Part shown: piece after piece, positions 1-11,642 of the stretch
How the letters are laid out: each line of letters starts with the position of its first letter
Position numbering within the stretch: the stretch's first letter is position 1
NCBI GenBank assembly: GCA_008690995.1
Contig: VRMN01000004.1
Span: forward strand, 930,001-994,000
Direction of reading: 5' to 3'
Length of the DNA stretch: 64,000 nt
Source: Porphyridium purpureum
Lineage: Eukaryota
Made by a program: the position numbers and the translations under genes
Notes under the pieces: generated by a model
Database searches by the model: none
Told to the model about the DNA's origin: nothing
The model's input: the letters and a program-made list of their open reading frames with translations, nothing else

Positions 1-660
1 AAGGCATTCGAGTTCTCCGGTTGTAGCATTCATGGCCTCGTAGCTGCATGAGTTACCGCCGATCGGACTTGACAACAAGCTGCTACGAATCAACGATTTT
101 GTTCTGGAAAAGATGCATCGCTCCACTCAAAACACTTTTTGTCAAGTTGATTTTGCATTCGGAGGCAAATGCATGATCACTGTCTTCTCTGACGCTGAAT
201 ATCCTCATGGGAAGAGTATTTCATACGTGCAACAATCTTGTGTCTTCAGATTGCTTAATACAATCAAATAACTTGCTGTCATTTCGAAGAAGTGCGGCAA
301 AAAGAAGGTTGTAACTTACGACACTATCCATACCAAGTATACGATCATTTTCAATGAGCTTTTCTATGCCAAACTCTAACGAGAGATCGATCTTCGAAGT
401 TCCCGGTGTGAACTTTCGCATTGCAAGAAAGTTCGACTGAAAGGAAGTTGAGGAGATCCTGGGTACATTGAATGTCTAGAAATATGCACATATCGAGAAA
501 TCTTTCGCTTGCCTTCGAAAAGCTCAAGATGGTGACCGGATCAAATACATCTCGTGCGAGGGTGTTCACAATCTGACTGACGTCGCCACCAAACGCGGCT
601 CAAAAATTATATAAATTGGTCACTGGTACGTTGATATAGATTGCCATGGAAACCTGAACG
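1..660 (-). pseudogene. Degraded coding-like relic of unknown family in a lower-GC segment
   Basis: Protein-like frames (MAIYINVPVTNLYNF*AAFGGDVSQIVNTLARD... and RKFTPGTSKIDLSLEFG...) are broken by stops and frame changes. No family recognised. Confidence 0.25.
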
Positions 661-2821
661 CAGGCGAGTGGTAGAGTACGCAACTAGTAAGTACTTTTTA
701 TGTAGACTAGATAGTTTGCCAGCTGAAGCAAATCGAAGAGCGGTGAGACTTGCGTCCAAGTAATGGAAACTCACTTGCGCGCGTTAGTTTAGTAAGCTTT
801 TTTATACTGTTCTGGTACTCGCAAAGCGCGTCCACGCCCCTTGTCGGTGTCTTCTCCTTCTTATGCCACAGCCAGCGGCCACCATGAATAGGTCACTTTT
901 GAGCGTGCGGAAGCCGCACGCTCGCACGAAATGTGACCATGATGACCCAGTTTTCAAAGCTTGAGACCGGAAGCGACCACCAATCATTGCGTATGCGTAA
1001 TCAAAGAGTCCAGCGTCTATTAAGAAAAGGTCGTCATGGCAGGCTCTGCCACTCCGAAGCGGGAGTTACAGAGCCAAACAATCCAAATATTGTAATGTCA
1101 GAAAGCAAGATGTTCTTAATCTGTGAATTCGAGAGGAAAGCGTCCGGGCACTCGGTCCTGTCAGCTTTTCGTGGACCACATTGAGTGTGATTCAATATAC
1201 GAGCCAGGCACAACCTACCATAATTATGGGTATCTACGTATGCGCGTGTCCTCCGGAATAATGTAAAACTTGCATTTTTGTGTTGGAGATAAAGCAGCCT
1301 GCCTTGTCAAGGGTCCAGAACCACGAATATGGGTTTGAAAGAGGCCATTCGTTGGAGCGGAGGGCTTTGAAAAGGAAGCGCGTGAGCCCGGACGTTGAGG
1401 GGCGCGACCCGGTGGTACAAATTCCACGGGAGGACGCAGTGTGACGGGATGAATCCATATCCGGGCTCGGACGTGTAAATTGGCGGGCAAGGCACAAACT
1501 AGCACATTTTCCAAGCCGGGCGCCTTCGTAACTGTTGGGAGACTGGAACTCTTTTCAATACGGGGTTACTTAAGGCGCCGCGAAAGGACTTTTGATGCAG
1601 ACTATTATATCCAGTGAGGCATGCTTTAGCCGGCTGCAATATTCATGAGGCCGAAAAAGGGAGACAACGGAGCCGAATCGAATCTAAACAGGAAATAGAA
1701 ACGAACGCGTCAAGAAGGAAAAGGTGCTTTCTTTCGAGGTAAATGTGTGAGCAAAGTGATGTAAGTTGAAGGAGATAGAACAACACTTTGACGGGGATTC
1801 TTCTTTGCTTTGCATCGTAAACAACACATCTATTGACAGGGTGGATTTCGGGCTGCGAACAGGTTTGACCGGAATGGAGTAAAAGACTTTGAATATGTCA
1901 ATATGAGAGAGCGGTATAAAATGAAAGTGTCGCCGCGGTTGTGTGCACATAGCTGTAATACGGCGAGAAGCGCAGACCTCTGGTATAAATGACCTGCTGG
2001 CTACGCGCCAGTCCAACAGACGAGAAACTGCGAGTCGGCAGAAAACACATGTCAGAGATTATTTTGTACTGGTGGAGATTCATCTTACCTGTCGAAAGAC
2101 CGCCGAAATGTGAAAGAGCGACAGCCGCCAAAAGTCCGAGCCAGACTCGTAATGTCTCAAAGGCAATAGCGCTGGCTGCGACAGATAGAGAAAAGCGAAA
2201 GTGCGTTATGGAATGAAAGAGTTGACAATGGATTATATTGGAGTCAGAATAGGTTGTATTGCTAGACAAGCGTATACCGGCAACATTCGTGCTGCGTTGC
2301 TGTTGGGTAAAAGGAGTGCCGACAGAGCGGCGGGCTTGGCTTCAGCACTAAAAACATTGAGGCTCCACTTTTCGAGAACAAGAGAATAGACATGTCCTTG
2401 TACAGCAGTCTTGAGTAGACTCTACCGCGTAAAATCTCTTCGCGAGCCTTGGATACAGCGGCTCCTGCTCGGGCAAACCTCGCTCCTGGAACTATACAAA
2501 GCGTCATTATATCATCCGTTCGGATAGACACTGCGTGTGCAGGTATGAAAGTTCAGCACCTGCTTTTCATCACTGAAGCAATCTACCACCTGGCACGGCT
2601 GAGATGCATGCGTCGGTGCAGCGGCGAGTCGCTTTCAGCTGGGGCTTTATATGTTTCGGCTTGAAACGCGAGCAAAGCGCACGGCGCACCTGCATGTCCG
2701 ACGATAATGGCGGGAAGACTCTCGGCGCATAAATTGGAACGGTTGAAGGCTTATGAGCGACGACGCAGCGTGGTAGATGCATGAGCGGGTCGTGATTTGG
2801 GAAGAAGAAAGGAAGAAAGTT

Positions 2822-3673
2822 ATGAGCCGTGTCCATTGGGCGGTGCTGCTGATTGCGGTATGCGCGCTGCTCATGCTGTCATGCGGTGAGCGGGTAGGCG
2901 CCGCCCACGATGAAGACCCGCACAAGCGCGCTGCGCGGATGCATGGCGCGCTGCGGAAGGACAGGCCCAAGCCAGAGTGCGTCAATTTACAGCAGTCGCG
3001 GTCGCCTCAAATATCAGCCGCGGAGTCCCGTGCGTCCAAGAAGGCACGCAGCGAGCACCAGATCTGCCCTGCGACCGCGCCTTTCCATGCTCCAAAGCAC
3101 CTGGATGATTTGCCCGTGGGCTTTTTCATCGCCAACGGCTGTGGGCCGCAGGGACTGGAGGTAAAGGAGCCGTTTGGGCTTTGGCCATGCTGCAATCGGC
3201 ACGATGCATGCTACTCAGTGTGCGGATCCAGCCTTAAATACTGCGAAACAGCTTTCAAGTTGTGCATGAGGGACGTGTGTGAAATGTCGCACAACGCTGG
3301 CCGCCATGATGAATGCAAGCAGCAGGCCCGGGCTTTCGCTGACATAACAGGAATGTTTGGTGGGCAGTTCCACGCAAAGGCGTCAGCGGAAGCTTGTGCT
3401 TGTTACAAGACAAAAGAAGAGGCCGACGAAGCGCATGCTGACTTCCTGAGACGGCTGCACATGTCGTACGGCAACATGGCTCTCGACAATGCTGTGCAGC
3501 TTGTAGACCAGCAAATGCTCCATAAGTATGCCGGAAAAAAGCCCGAGCAAATCTTTGATACCGTTTTAAAGTACGGTACGCGTTTCGTCAAAGTGGGCGG
3601 CTCGGTCCCTGTTGACTTTACCTTGCAGGCGGGCGCGCGTTTTGTGCATGCAACAACTCATAACGAACTCTAG
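2822..3673 (+). CDS. Group XII-like secretory phospholipase A2
   Basis: Signal peptide MSRVHWAVLLIAVCALLMLSC, Ca-loop ANGCGP, catalytic CCNRHDACYSVC, C-terminal HNEL. Confidence 0.85.
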   Translation: MSRVHWAVLLIAVCALLMLSCGERVGAAHDEDPHKRAARMHGALRKDRPKPECVNLQQSRSPQISAAESRASKKARSEHQICPATAPFHAPKHLDDLPVGFFIANGCGPQGLEVKEPFGLWPCCNRHDACYSVCGSSLKYCETAFKLCMRDVCEMSHNAGRHDECKQQARAFADITGMFGGQFHAKASAEACACYKTKEEADEAHADFLRRLHMSYGNMALDNAVQLVDQQMLHKYAGKKPEQIFDTVLKYGTRFVKVGGSVPVDFTLQAGARFVHATTHNEL

Positions 3674-3996
3674 CTTTCCGTTCTTTTGTGTTCCAGCAAG
3701 GTCCCGGTCAGGATAATTTAAAGCGCTGATGTGTCCAAGTGCCACACTCATTTGACAGATCCCATACCCGGGGAAAATTCCTGAGAAACCATTGCAACTC
3801 ACATGTCGAACGACATCTTTCATTCCTTAATGCTTCGACACAAATGGACGCCACGGCGAACCAATATGCGGGCCTTCGCAAATGCTGAGTTTCAAGGTAC
3901 GGCATGAGTTCAAAAAATGCTGAAGCGTCGTGCTTTCCAAGCCACAAAGTACAAAAGTTGCGTCGGGGTGTAGGCTCCTCGCCGCACAAGACCCGA

Positions 3997-5485
3997 TTAG
4001 AAAATGACAGAGGCACGCGTCAGTCCCGACAGCCGCTGGGAGCTTCGACTGGGCAGCCGGGACAGGTCCACAAACTCAAGATGCTCACATTTTTCCAGCA
4101 ATCGACCGATTGCACGATCTGACACATTGTCGCAGGATGATGCTTCAAACCGCCGGAGCGAGTTTTGCAGAAGCTTTGAGATGCACTCTACCGCACGATC
4201 TGTGACGCGAAAGCACCTACTTATGGCGAGCTCGGATATGGTCTGATGCCGAGCAAGCAGGCCAAGAATACCTGCGTCACTCACTTGCGTACCGCTCACT
4301 CTTTTCTCGCACCGACACAGAATGACAATGAGCGCAAATGTTAACGGGGAAGAACGAAGTCTGCGTCAGCGCCTGACCGTAGGAGCACCCCGAACAAACA
4401 TTCACCAAGCAAGACCGAATGCTGCGTGGTCCAATGAAAGCACATACCGAATGATGCGAATCTCACGCAGACCTGATGCGAGTGCGAGAAGCCCCGTATC
4501 TGAAAGACGACGGCAATGGTCAAAGTCAAGCACTTGAAGCGACGGCGCCATGGACGCCAACATGAGGGCGTTGCTGTCTCTGAGGCTGCTGTCGGCGACT
4601 CGCAGCAGCACAAGCTGCGGAAGGTGCATGGCAATGGCGGCGACCGTGTCGTTCCGAATGCTCATGCAATAGTTCAAGTCTGTGAATCACAAAGCAAAGA
4701 AACGGGAGCGCGCAAGAGTGCGCGAACATTCTCGTCAGCGGCACTGCTGCATTCATCGCGACAAGCAGAGGGTGCTGAGCAAAACCGATCCAACAACTGC
4801 AAAACGAACCGAGCTCTCTGAGGGGCGGGCAGGCACGCACAAGAGTATTGATGCTTTTGTGCGTGACGCGGCAATAAGCGAGGGACAGACTGCGCAGCGC
4901 CACGCAGTGATGGAGCAACGGCACCTCGCGATCTGTGACTGCTGTCGAGTGCGACAGGTCCAGATGCTCCAGATTCGCGCCGAAGTTCCGAGCGATAAAC
5001 TCCACGGTGCGTGGACTTAGCGAGTGGCAGCGCGCGAGATCTAGTGAAGACAGTCGCTCGCGCCTGGCGGGGACGCGGAACACGGAGGAGAAGGCGGCGT
5101 CAGTAACATGCTGAACATTTTGGAAGGAGACGCGACTCCACAAGGCTCGATTGGAGCTTAGGCGAGCGAATCGCGAGCTCACGCGAGCGATCTCAAGCAT
5201 GTCTGGCACTGCATCCAAATACGAGAAAATATGCAAAAGCGGGTCATCGGGAAGTGCATCCAGTGACGCTCGCGTGCGCCCCTTCTGGCCGCGGTCACGC
5301 CGTGCATTACCCCAAGGCGAAGCATCCAACTCGTCTAGCCCGCCACCCTCTCCATTCGATACCGCGTACACGACCGTGTCGCATCCCCCGCGAGCGACCC
5401 AGCGCGCATGCCTAATCCTCGCAATCCTGCGCTCCTGCTCCGAGCTGAGAATGCACACGTCCGACGAATCGGATCCCAGATCCAT
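3997..5485 (-). CDS. F-box/LRR protein (FBXL-like), 3 exons: 4810-5485, 4448-4679, 3997-4300
   Basis: F-box LDALPDDPLLHIFSYL and Cys-type LRRs. Introns 4680-4809 (GTTCGT..CTGAC..CAG) and 4301-4447 (GTATGT..CTGAC..AAG) join the LRR frames in phase (1212 nt). The 3' end is uncertain. Confidence 0.8.
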
Positions 5486-6215
5486 GCTCGCTCCTCGAGC
5501 AATGCTCAACCTCGCGGCCGGCTCTTCCTGCGTCGCGCGTTCCGTTTGCACAGCCTCCTGTTCCCCCAATCTTCTCCCGTCCTTGCAGCACACGTCGCGG
5601 CTCACGTGCTGCGCACACAAGACACGCACGCCGCCGAATCGACGCACAAACAGGCCGGCGCGCGCGTCTTGCCAGTGTTCCGGGGGCCTTGAACCAGTGC
5701 CCGAACAAGCGCTACTGTCCGCGCGCGTGCGTCGAGCTGCGTGCGTTTTCGAATTGCGCTCCGTCCTCCGCACTCGCGCGTTCCACGCACGCGAGTGCCG
5801 CTCGCATCCGCGACGTGTGCGAACATGGAATCCGCGCGCGGCGCGCGCGCAGTCAGGGCGGTTTCGTGCTCCTGCCCTTGCACCTTGCGGCGCGGCGCAC
5901 AACCGGCATCACTGCCTGCGCTTGCACGCTCCTTCCCGCCACGCCGCCACGCAGTCACGCCCAAACCCAGACGGTTTAAACGCAAAGCTGCATATCGGTT
6001 TCCCGGTTTCCCGGTTTCTCGTGTGAATCGTTAAACTGTTTAGCCGGTGTGAAGTGGATGGACGAGGTACAGTGACAAGCAAAGGTGCTGGGTCGCGCGG
6101 TGCGGCTTTAGTTTTTGTGGGTTGGTGTAGTTTGTGAGGAGGGTGGTTAGTGACTAGAGAAAGGAAGAGGGAGGGAGAGAGGGACGGGAGGCAGAGAGGG
6201 AAGTGGGTTGGGAGA

Positions 6216-6998
6216 ATGGGGACCGGCGAGGAAGCCAGGAAGGCGGAGAAACAGGACGCGCACGTCTATGAGTGCGACGACTTTGCCCGGAATTTGAGGG
6301 AGTGCGCAAAGCAGAATTTGGGCAATGTGCAGTTCTGCCGCCAGGAGTTGAGCGACATGGTGCAGTGTCAGCGCGACATGCGCCGCAGAAATGAGGCGCG
6401 GCACAAGGAGCGCATTGCGCTGCTGATGGAAAGTCGTCGCCCGGCTGCGCACAGTAAAGATGGCGCCGCGGCAGCGGCAGCGGCGGCGGCGGCGGCAGCG
6501 ACGGCGGCAGCGACGGCGGCGGAGACGCATTCGACACCTGCCGCACAGTCATCCACGCCTTCCGGAAATGGAGGCGGCGCGGAGAGTGCGCGGCCCGGGT
6601 ATGTGCCCGGTTCGGGTATTGCGGGAGCTTTGCAGGCCCTCAAGGCCAAGCTGGCGGAGCAGGCCGCAGCGTACCAACAGCAGGCTAGGGAGAAGGAGGG
6701 AGTGGCTTCACGCGAAACCACGGAGCATGGGAGAGAGCGCATCCCATCAGTGGTACTCGGGGGACTGCAGCTTCCGCATCTGACCCAAAGCGTTTCTGAG
6801 CTATGTCACAGTGGTGTGGAATTCACGCAAAAGGCACTTACGAAGCAGTGGCGCGCATGCACATCCATGTACGAGTTGATCCAGGATCCAAAGATGTTCA
6901 AGCAGTGCGTATCGGTGGCAAAACGCGTTGGAGAGCGAGCACAGACAAACATTTTGCACGCGCTCGAGGTGCTGAGAAGCGGCACAGACGGAAAGTGA
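6216..6998 (+). CDS. Twin-CX9C (CHCH-like) protein with poly-Ala linker
   Basis: C-DDFARNLRE-C ... C-RQELSDMVQ-C near the N-terminus; GCG/GCA repeat encodes poly-Ala. Confidence 0.6.
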   Translation: MGTGEEARKAEKQDAHVYECDDFARNLRECAKQNLGNVQFCRQELSDMVQCQRDMRRRNEARHKERIALLMESRRPAAHSKDGAAAAAAAAAAAATAAATAAETHSTPAAQSSTPSGNGGGAESARPGYVPGSGIAGALQALKAKLAEQAAAYQQQAREKEGVASRETTEHGRERIPSVVLGGLQLPHLTQSVSELCHSGVEFTQKALTKQWRACTSMYELIQDPKMFKQCVSVAKRVGERAQTNILHALEVLRSGTDGK

Positions 6999-7085
6999 GA
7001 CCTTGAAGGACGGCTCTAACTGTGCGATGAAAGTGCCATTTGTAGAGTAAGTCTCTCATGCGTGAGTACCTGTTTCCTGTAAATA

Positions 7086-7442
7086 TCACTGAACGAGGAG
7101 GTCGAACACCTTGACGCATACGGGCGCAATCACATGTTGCCCGATGATTTTGAACATCTTCGGCAACTGCTTCCTCAGATCCTCGTAAACTTCCACGAGA
7201 TCCTCGATAGGCACATCCTCATTGACTCGGAACGCATTCCTCACAACTTGCACGGCGTCCGGCTCTTCGTCCGGCTTCGCAACGTTGCTGGAGCTTGGTT
7301 TGTTTTTCCCGCGCATGCGCGCGTGCTTACGCAACTGCGAGCCTGTTACCGCAATCAAGGCGCCCGCAGAAAACACCGCCAGCACTGAAACCACATTCAT
7401 CACAGTCAGCGGCGCGGGCGGCAAGCCTCCGCGAAGTGCCAT
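7086..7442 (-). CDS. Small hypothetical single-pass membrane protein
   Basis: 118-aa ATG ORF with hydrophobic VVSVLAVFSAGALIAV followed by a basic stretch. Confidence 0.5.
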   Translation of the reverse strand: MALRGGLPPAPLTVMNVVSVLAVFSAGALIAVTGSQLRKHARMRGKNKPSSSNVAKPDEEPDAVQVVRNAFRVNEDVPIEDLVEVYEDLRKQLPKMFKIIGQHVIAPVCVKVFDLLVQ

Positions 7443-7543
7443 CGTGCCTTCCTTTCTCCCGCCCCCTCTTTTCCCCTGCGCCTCGACACGTCACGCAGAC
7501 CAAGTCGCGCAAGAGTCGTTTCGTGAGCGCAGTTGATAGCCGA

Positions 7544-8357
7544 TCAACAGCCAACTTTATTGTCCGCACTGTGGATTTGTGAGTTGACCCTGGTGGAGAA
7601 CACGAGCACGGGCTGGTCCGGAATGAATGTATCGTACCGCGCGGCTGGCCATGGACATGCAGGATCTATGAGCAAATCGTGTGTCCTGAAGCTGTCGATG
7701 CCAGAGCTTTCCAGTGCGGACTGCAAATGCGGGGTCGGATGGAGATAATTCAGGATCCTGATCCCCACATTCTGTCCGTGTGGCGTGAAAATAGTTCAAT
7801 CTACCGCGTCGACGGGCGCGTCTGTTTCAAGCAGCTTCTTTGCCAGAACGTACTATCTGTGTGCATCGATGTCCGGAGGGTCGCGTGTGTCCGGGCTGGA
7901 CACGAAACCGGTTAGGATTCCACGGAGCCAGACGCACTCGCCCACCACGGCCGCAAGCGCTTGCAAGCCAGCGTCGTCTGGTGCGAAATGGAAAACACAA
8001 GATGCAATGACCACGTCAAAGTGCCGCGCAAGACTGTGACGGAGCGCGGTGCGCACCGGGTCAAGGTCGGCGCAGGCAGCGACCACAAAGTGGGTGCCGG
8101 GGTGCGTCACGACGCTGGGCAAGCTCGATCATTCCTGGTGCTGTGTCCAAGCCCGTGACATGTCTTGCACTGCAGTGCAGCGCCTCGACCGAGTAAATTC
8201 CATCTCCGCACGGCAAATCTAGCACACACACACACGCTTCTTCCCAGTCTGGCAAGAACCCAAAGAGGGTCTACTTTTCAACATACACCTGCCACGGCGC
8301 GCTCTCTTCTGTCGCGTAAACTGCATTGCGTGATGTTAAACTTTCGTCGTGATCCAT
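7544..8357 (-). pseudogene. Class I SAM methyltransferase pseudogene (ToxA-like)
   Basis: VLDLPCGDG, VTGLDTAPGMIELA and FDVVIASCVFHFA lie in different frames, with in-frame stops at 8271 and 7853. Confidence 0.7.
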
Positions 8358-8835
8358 GAGACTCTGATCTTTATCCGCAGCGCGAACTCTTCTGCGAGCA
8401 ACTTGGTCTGCGTCTGACTTGGCTCTTCGAGGACTGCACCGTGCAACAACCCGTGCGTATTCCGCACGTTTCACCTGCGATCATACGCGTGCGCGGCATC
8501 GACAGAGATAGGGCGCCGCGCGGTATCCATGTAGTCACTAGCTGAATGACTGCGCAGGCGGCGGCACCATAGCGGCCCAGGCGAGCAGACCTGACTGATG
8601 TTCCCACCTGTCGTGTGCGAACATGCGAGTCGCGCAACACGTCAAAACCAAATGGGGTAGTGTAAGCCGTAACTGTACTTACTGTACTTCCGTGAATGTA
8701 CAGTTTACGGGCAGAATGCATTACATTGCACTTGCGCATTTCGGTGGCGATTTGCAGGTTGACGCGAGTGGAGAGTCGTCGGGTTTTCCGGTACGCTGTG
8801 ATGAAACAGCAAGACGTGAGGGAGCGGCATGAAGG

Positions 8836-9315
8836 ATGCGTGTCTCAGAGATTGTAAGGCGATGCACCGGAGCGCGCGGGCCGAGCCGTGCGTCGCGTAG
8901 GTTGATGAAACGTGTTCGATCGCGTCCGGACGGCGTCGCGGTGGAGCGTCGCCGCGAACTGCTGCCTGGCGACAGCGACATCCCCGCGGAAGACGAGGCG
9001 CGCCGCCCAAGAATCGTGGTCGACTTTGATGTCGAGAAGGCCACGCTTATGGTGAACCTCTGGCGAAAGGAACTGCGTCAGGAAAAGTCGCGAATGCTTC
9101 GGGAAATGCGGGCGCAACCAGACCGGTCACTCGTCGCGGCTCAAGGCGTCTTCAACACGAATGAGCAGTCACGGCTCCCGAACGAAACGCGCGAGCGAAA
9201 GAGGACCGCACAACCGGAAGTTATTTTCGACGTCAATACGGCAATGTCGATGATCGATCTGTGGCGCAAGGAGCAGCGGAAAGAGTCAGGACCTGACGAG
9301 CAGGCTGATGGATGA
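8836..9315 (+). CDS. Hypothetical protein with duplicated FDVxxAxxMxxLWRKE motif, possibly disrupted
   Basis: Repeats at ~9025-9072 and ~9226-9273. In-frame upstream ATG at 8716 is cut by TGA at 8830; intron-like segment at 9341-9443. Confidence 0.45.
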   Translation: MRVSEIVRRCTGARGPSRASRRLMKRVRSRPDGVAVERRRELLPGDSDIPAEDEARRPRIVVDFDVEKATLMVNLWRKELRQEKSRMLREMRAQPDRSLVAAQGVFNTNEQSRLPNETRERKRTAQPEVIFDVNTAMSMIDLWRKEQRKESGPDEQADG

Positions 9316-9708
9316 CAGCTCTGTCCAGCATCTCATGCCGGTATGTGCGCTGTGCGCTCTGGTCCTTCTAATTATCTATTTATTGTCACATATCTATTTG
9401 CCTGACTAGTTTATCCCGACGCCTGTCGCTTTGTGGATCGTAGCTCGAGGCGTTGGCGCCCGTCGCTGCGGTGCATCTTCTAGGCAGCTCATCGAATACA
9501 TGGGATCAACTGCCAGCGGGGAGCTGGCCCCTTATGCCAAGTCGCCAGAGCGCACTTTAGAATCATGCCTATTCAATTTAACGGTTCATGGTCGAACCGA
9601 GTTGACAAACCATTTAAAATGACGGGACCGCATGAACAATCTGCGCGCGACTGCGTGCGGCAGACAAGGTGCCCGAAGCGGAGAGGAAGAAAAGGTTGTT
9701 GCGCGGCG

Positions 9709-10452
9709 ATGAGTTTCGATACGTTTGATTCGTCGCTTGCGGCAAACACGCTCAATGAGCCAGTGCTCAAAACAGTGCTGCGGGATGTGTCGATCGTGGG
9801 GCGTCGGATATGGTTGGTGCTGTCGCCCGACGCGGCGCAGCACCTGCGCGCAGAGTTGCGTGATTGGGAGCTGTGGGGTGTGCTCTTTATTAGCATGTCG
9901 CTAGCGACGATCCTGTCCATGGAGGCGTCGCATGAGGCGAGCGCAGTATTTTCTATTGTGTTCCTTGTCGTGTTCCTGGGATCCGCAGTCGTGACGCTCA
10001 ACGCGCAGCTGCTTGGCGCCGCGCTGTCCTTCTTCCAAACGCTGTGCATGCTGGGGTACTGCGTGTTTCCCATCTTGCTTGCCGCACTCATCAACCTGCT
10101 CTGGCAATTTGTGCCGCCGATTTTTGCTGTGCTGCTCATCATCGCCACCGTTGTGGCGTGCTGCTTCTGGTCGATGCGCGCAGCGTCTGCCTACTTGGAA
10201 GATACGCAATTACCGGATGGTCGCAAGACACTGCTGCTATACCCAGTGCTGCTCTTCTTCTTTTGTCTTTCGTGGATGGTCCTGATTAGCAGCTCTGGCC
10301 GTGTGAGAAGTCGGGTGTCCGGCCTGGAGCAGGCCACAGGTCTCGCTCCAGCCCCAGCGCCCCTAGTGATTGCACCAACTGAATCGCCGACCGCTGTACC
10401 ATCAGACATGCCCGCGAATACCACGCTTGACCTGTTTTCGTACTTTTCATGA
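9709..10452 (+). CDS. YIPF6: Yip1-domain Golgi membrane protein (YIPF6-like)
   Basis: NTLNEPVLKTVLRD, LRDWELWG, SFFQTLCMLGYCVFP; about 5 TM segments. Confidence 0.85.
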   Translation: MSFDTFDSSLAANTLNEPVLKTVLRDVSIVGRRIWLVLSPDAAQHLRAELRDWELWGVLFISMSLATILSMEASHEASAVFSIVFLVVFLGSAVVTLNAQLLGAALSFFQTLCMLGYCVFPILLAALINLLWQFVPPIFAVLLIIATVVACCFWSMRAASAYLEDTQLPDGRKTLLLYPVLLFFFCLSWMVLISSSGRVRSRVSGLEQATGLAPAPAPLVIAPTESPTAVPSDMPANTTLDLFSYFS

Positions 10453-10562
10453 CCCACGAAACTGTAAAACGAAAAGTGCTAGCCCGTCAACAGGGATAAA
10501 AGGGGAATTTACGCGTAGCAAAGCACCAGCCGTGCCAAGGCACCGAGGATCGCATTTCAGAC

Positions 10563-11642
10563 TCAAGCCTCTATCGGATTCTTGTCCACTTCCCAAAGAA
10601 GCTCAGACGCTTCTCCGTTATATCTACCACCAGCAACGGCAATCTCCTTGCTGATGCGATCCATCTCGGCGAGATCTGCCTCGGACAGAACGATTTTGCA
10701 GCTAGCCGCATTCTCGTCCACGCGATGCGCCTTCGTTGTCCCCGGAATCGGACAAACAGCGACACCCCAGTGATCCTGCATCAGCCATGCGAGTGCGAGT
10801 TGCGCCAGTGAGCACTGTTTGCGGTCTGCCACGGTCTGCAGCTCCTTTGCCAGCTTAATATTCTGCGCCAGGTTGTCCTTGTCACCGAGGCGGGGATCAG
10901 TGTTCCGGTAATCGCCCGTCAGCATATTGCCTTGCTTCAGCTCGAGCTTCTCAAAGCCAGCCGAGAGAAATCCTCTTCCGAGAGGCGAGTACGCTACGAT
11001 CCCAATACCGAGCTCCCGGCACGTGTCGAGCACCGAGCCAGGTGCCTCGATGCCGCGCTCAAAAAGCGACCACTCGACTTGCACCGCGGAAATGGGGTGA
11101 ATGGCGTGCGCGCGACGAATCGTCGCCGGAGCTGCCTCGCTGAGCCCCACATACTTTATTTTCCCTTCCCCCACGAGCTTCTTGAGCTCGCGCATCGTCT
11201 TCTCGATGGGGATGGTTTGATCGATACGATGCAAGTAGAAGAGGTCGATGTACGGTGTGTCCAGACGTGCAAGGCACGCCTCGGCTTCCCTGCGCACGAA
11301 CGCCGGGTCCCCGCACGCACTCATCTTTCCCGCCATTGACATCTTGATCCCGGTTTTCGTGGCGAGCTGCACCTGCTCGCGCCCGATCGCCTTGAGCGCT
11401 TTTCCGATGTGTTCCTCCTGATGCACAATTGGGCTCCTCAACGTGAGCAGACGCCAGGCGTTCAAGTACATGTACAAGGTGGCCGTATCAAAATGAGTGA
11501 TCTGCTGCTCGTGCACATGTTTCAGTAGTGCCACGATCGCGTCCTCGCTCATGACGGTAGCGTAAGCTGTAGTCATGCCCATGCAACCAAACCCGAGCTG
11601 CGATACCTCCAGCCCCTCAGAGCCGAGCTTGACTTTCTTCAT
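10563..11642 (-). CDS. Aldo-keto reductase (AKR13-like)
   Basis: VSQLGFGCMGM, FDTATLY, IDLFYLHRID, VGLSE, AYSPLGRG, PIPGTTK. Confidence 0.92.
   Translation of the reverse strand: MKKVKLGSEGLEVSQLGFGCMGMTTAYATVMSEDAIVALLKHVHEQQITHFDTATLYMYLNAWRLLTLRSPIVHQEEHIGKALKAIGREQVQLATKTGIKMSMAGKMSACGDPAFVRREAEACLARLDTPYIDLFYLHRIDQTIPIEKTMRELKKLVGEGKIKYVGLSEAAPATIRRAHAIHPISAVQVEWSLFERGIEAPGSVLDTCRELGIGIVAYSPLGRGFLSAGFEKLELKQGNMLTGDYRNTDPRLGDKDNLAQNIKLAKELQTVADRKQCSLAQLALAWLMQDHWGVAVCPIPGTTKAHRVDENAASCKIVLSEADLAEMDRISKEIAVAGGRYNGEASELLWEVDKNPIEA

Noticed and set aside
5151..6026. 291-aa + strand ORF and the 5' extension of the F-box ORF to 5902
   Set aside because: GC-rich shadow frames with no domain signal.
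8830..8832. In-frame TGA as selenocysteine
   Set aside because: No redox-motif context and no SECIS recognised; other lesions favour decay or sequencing error.
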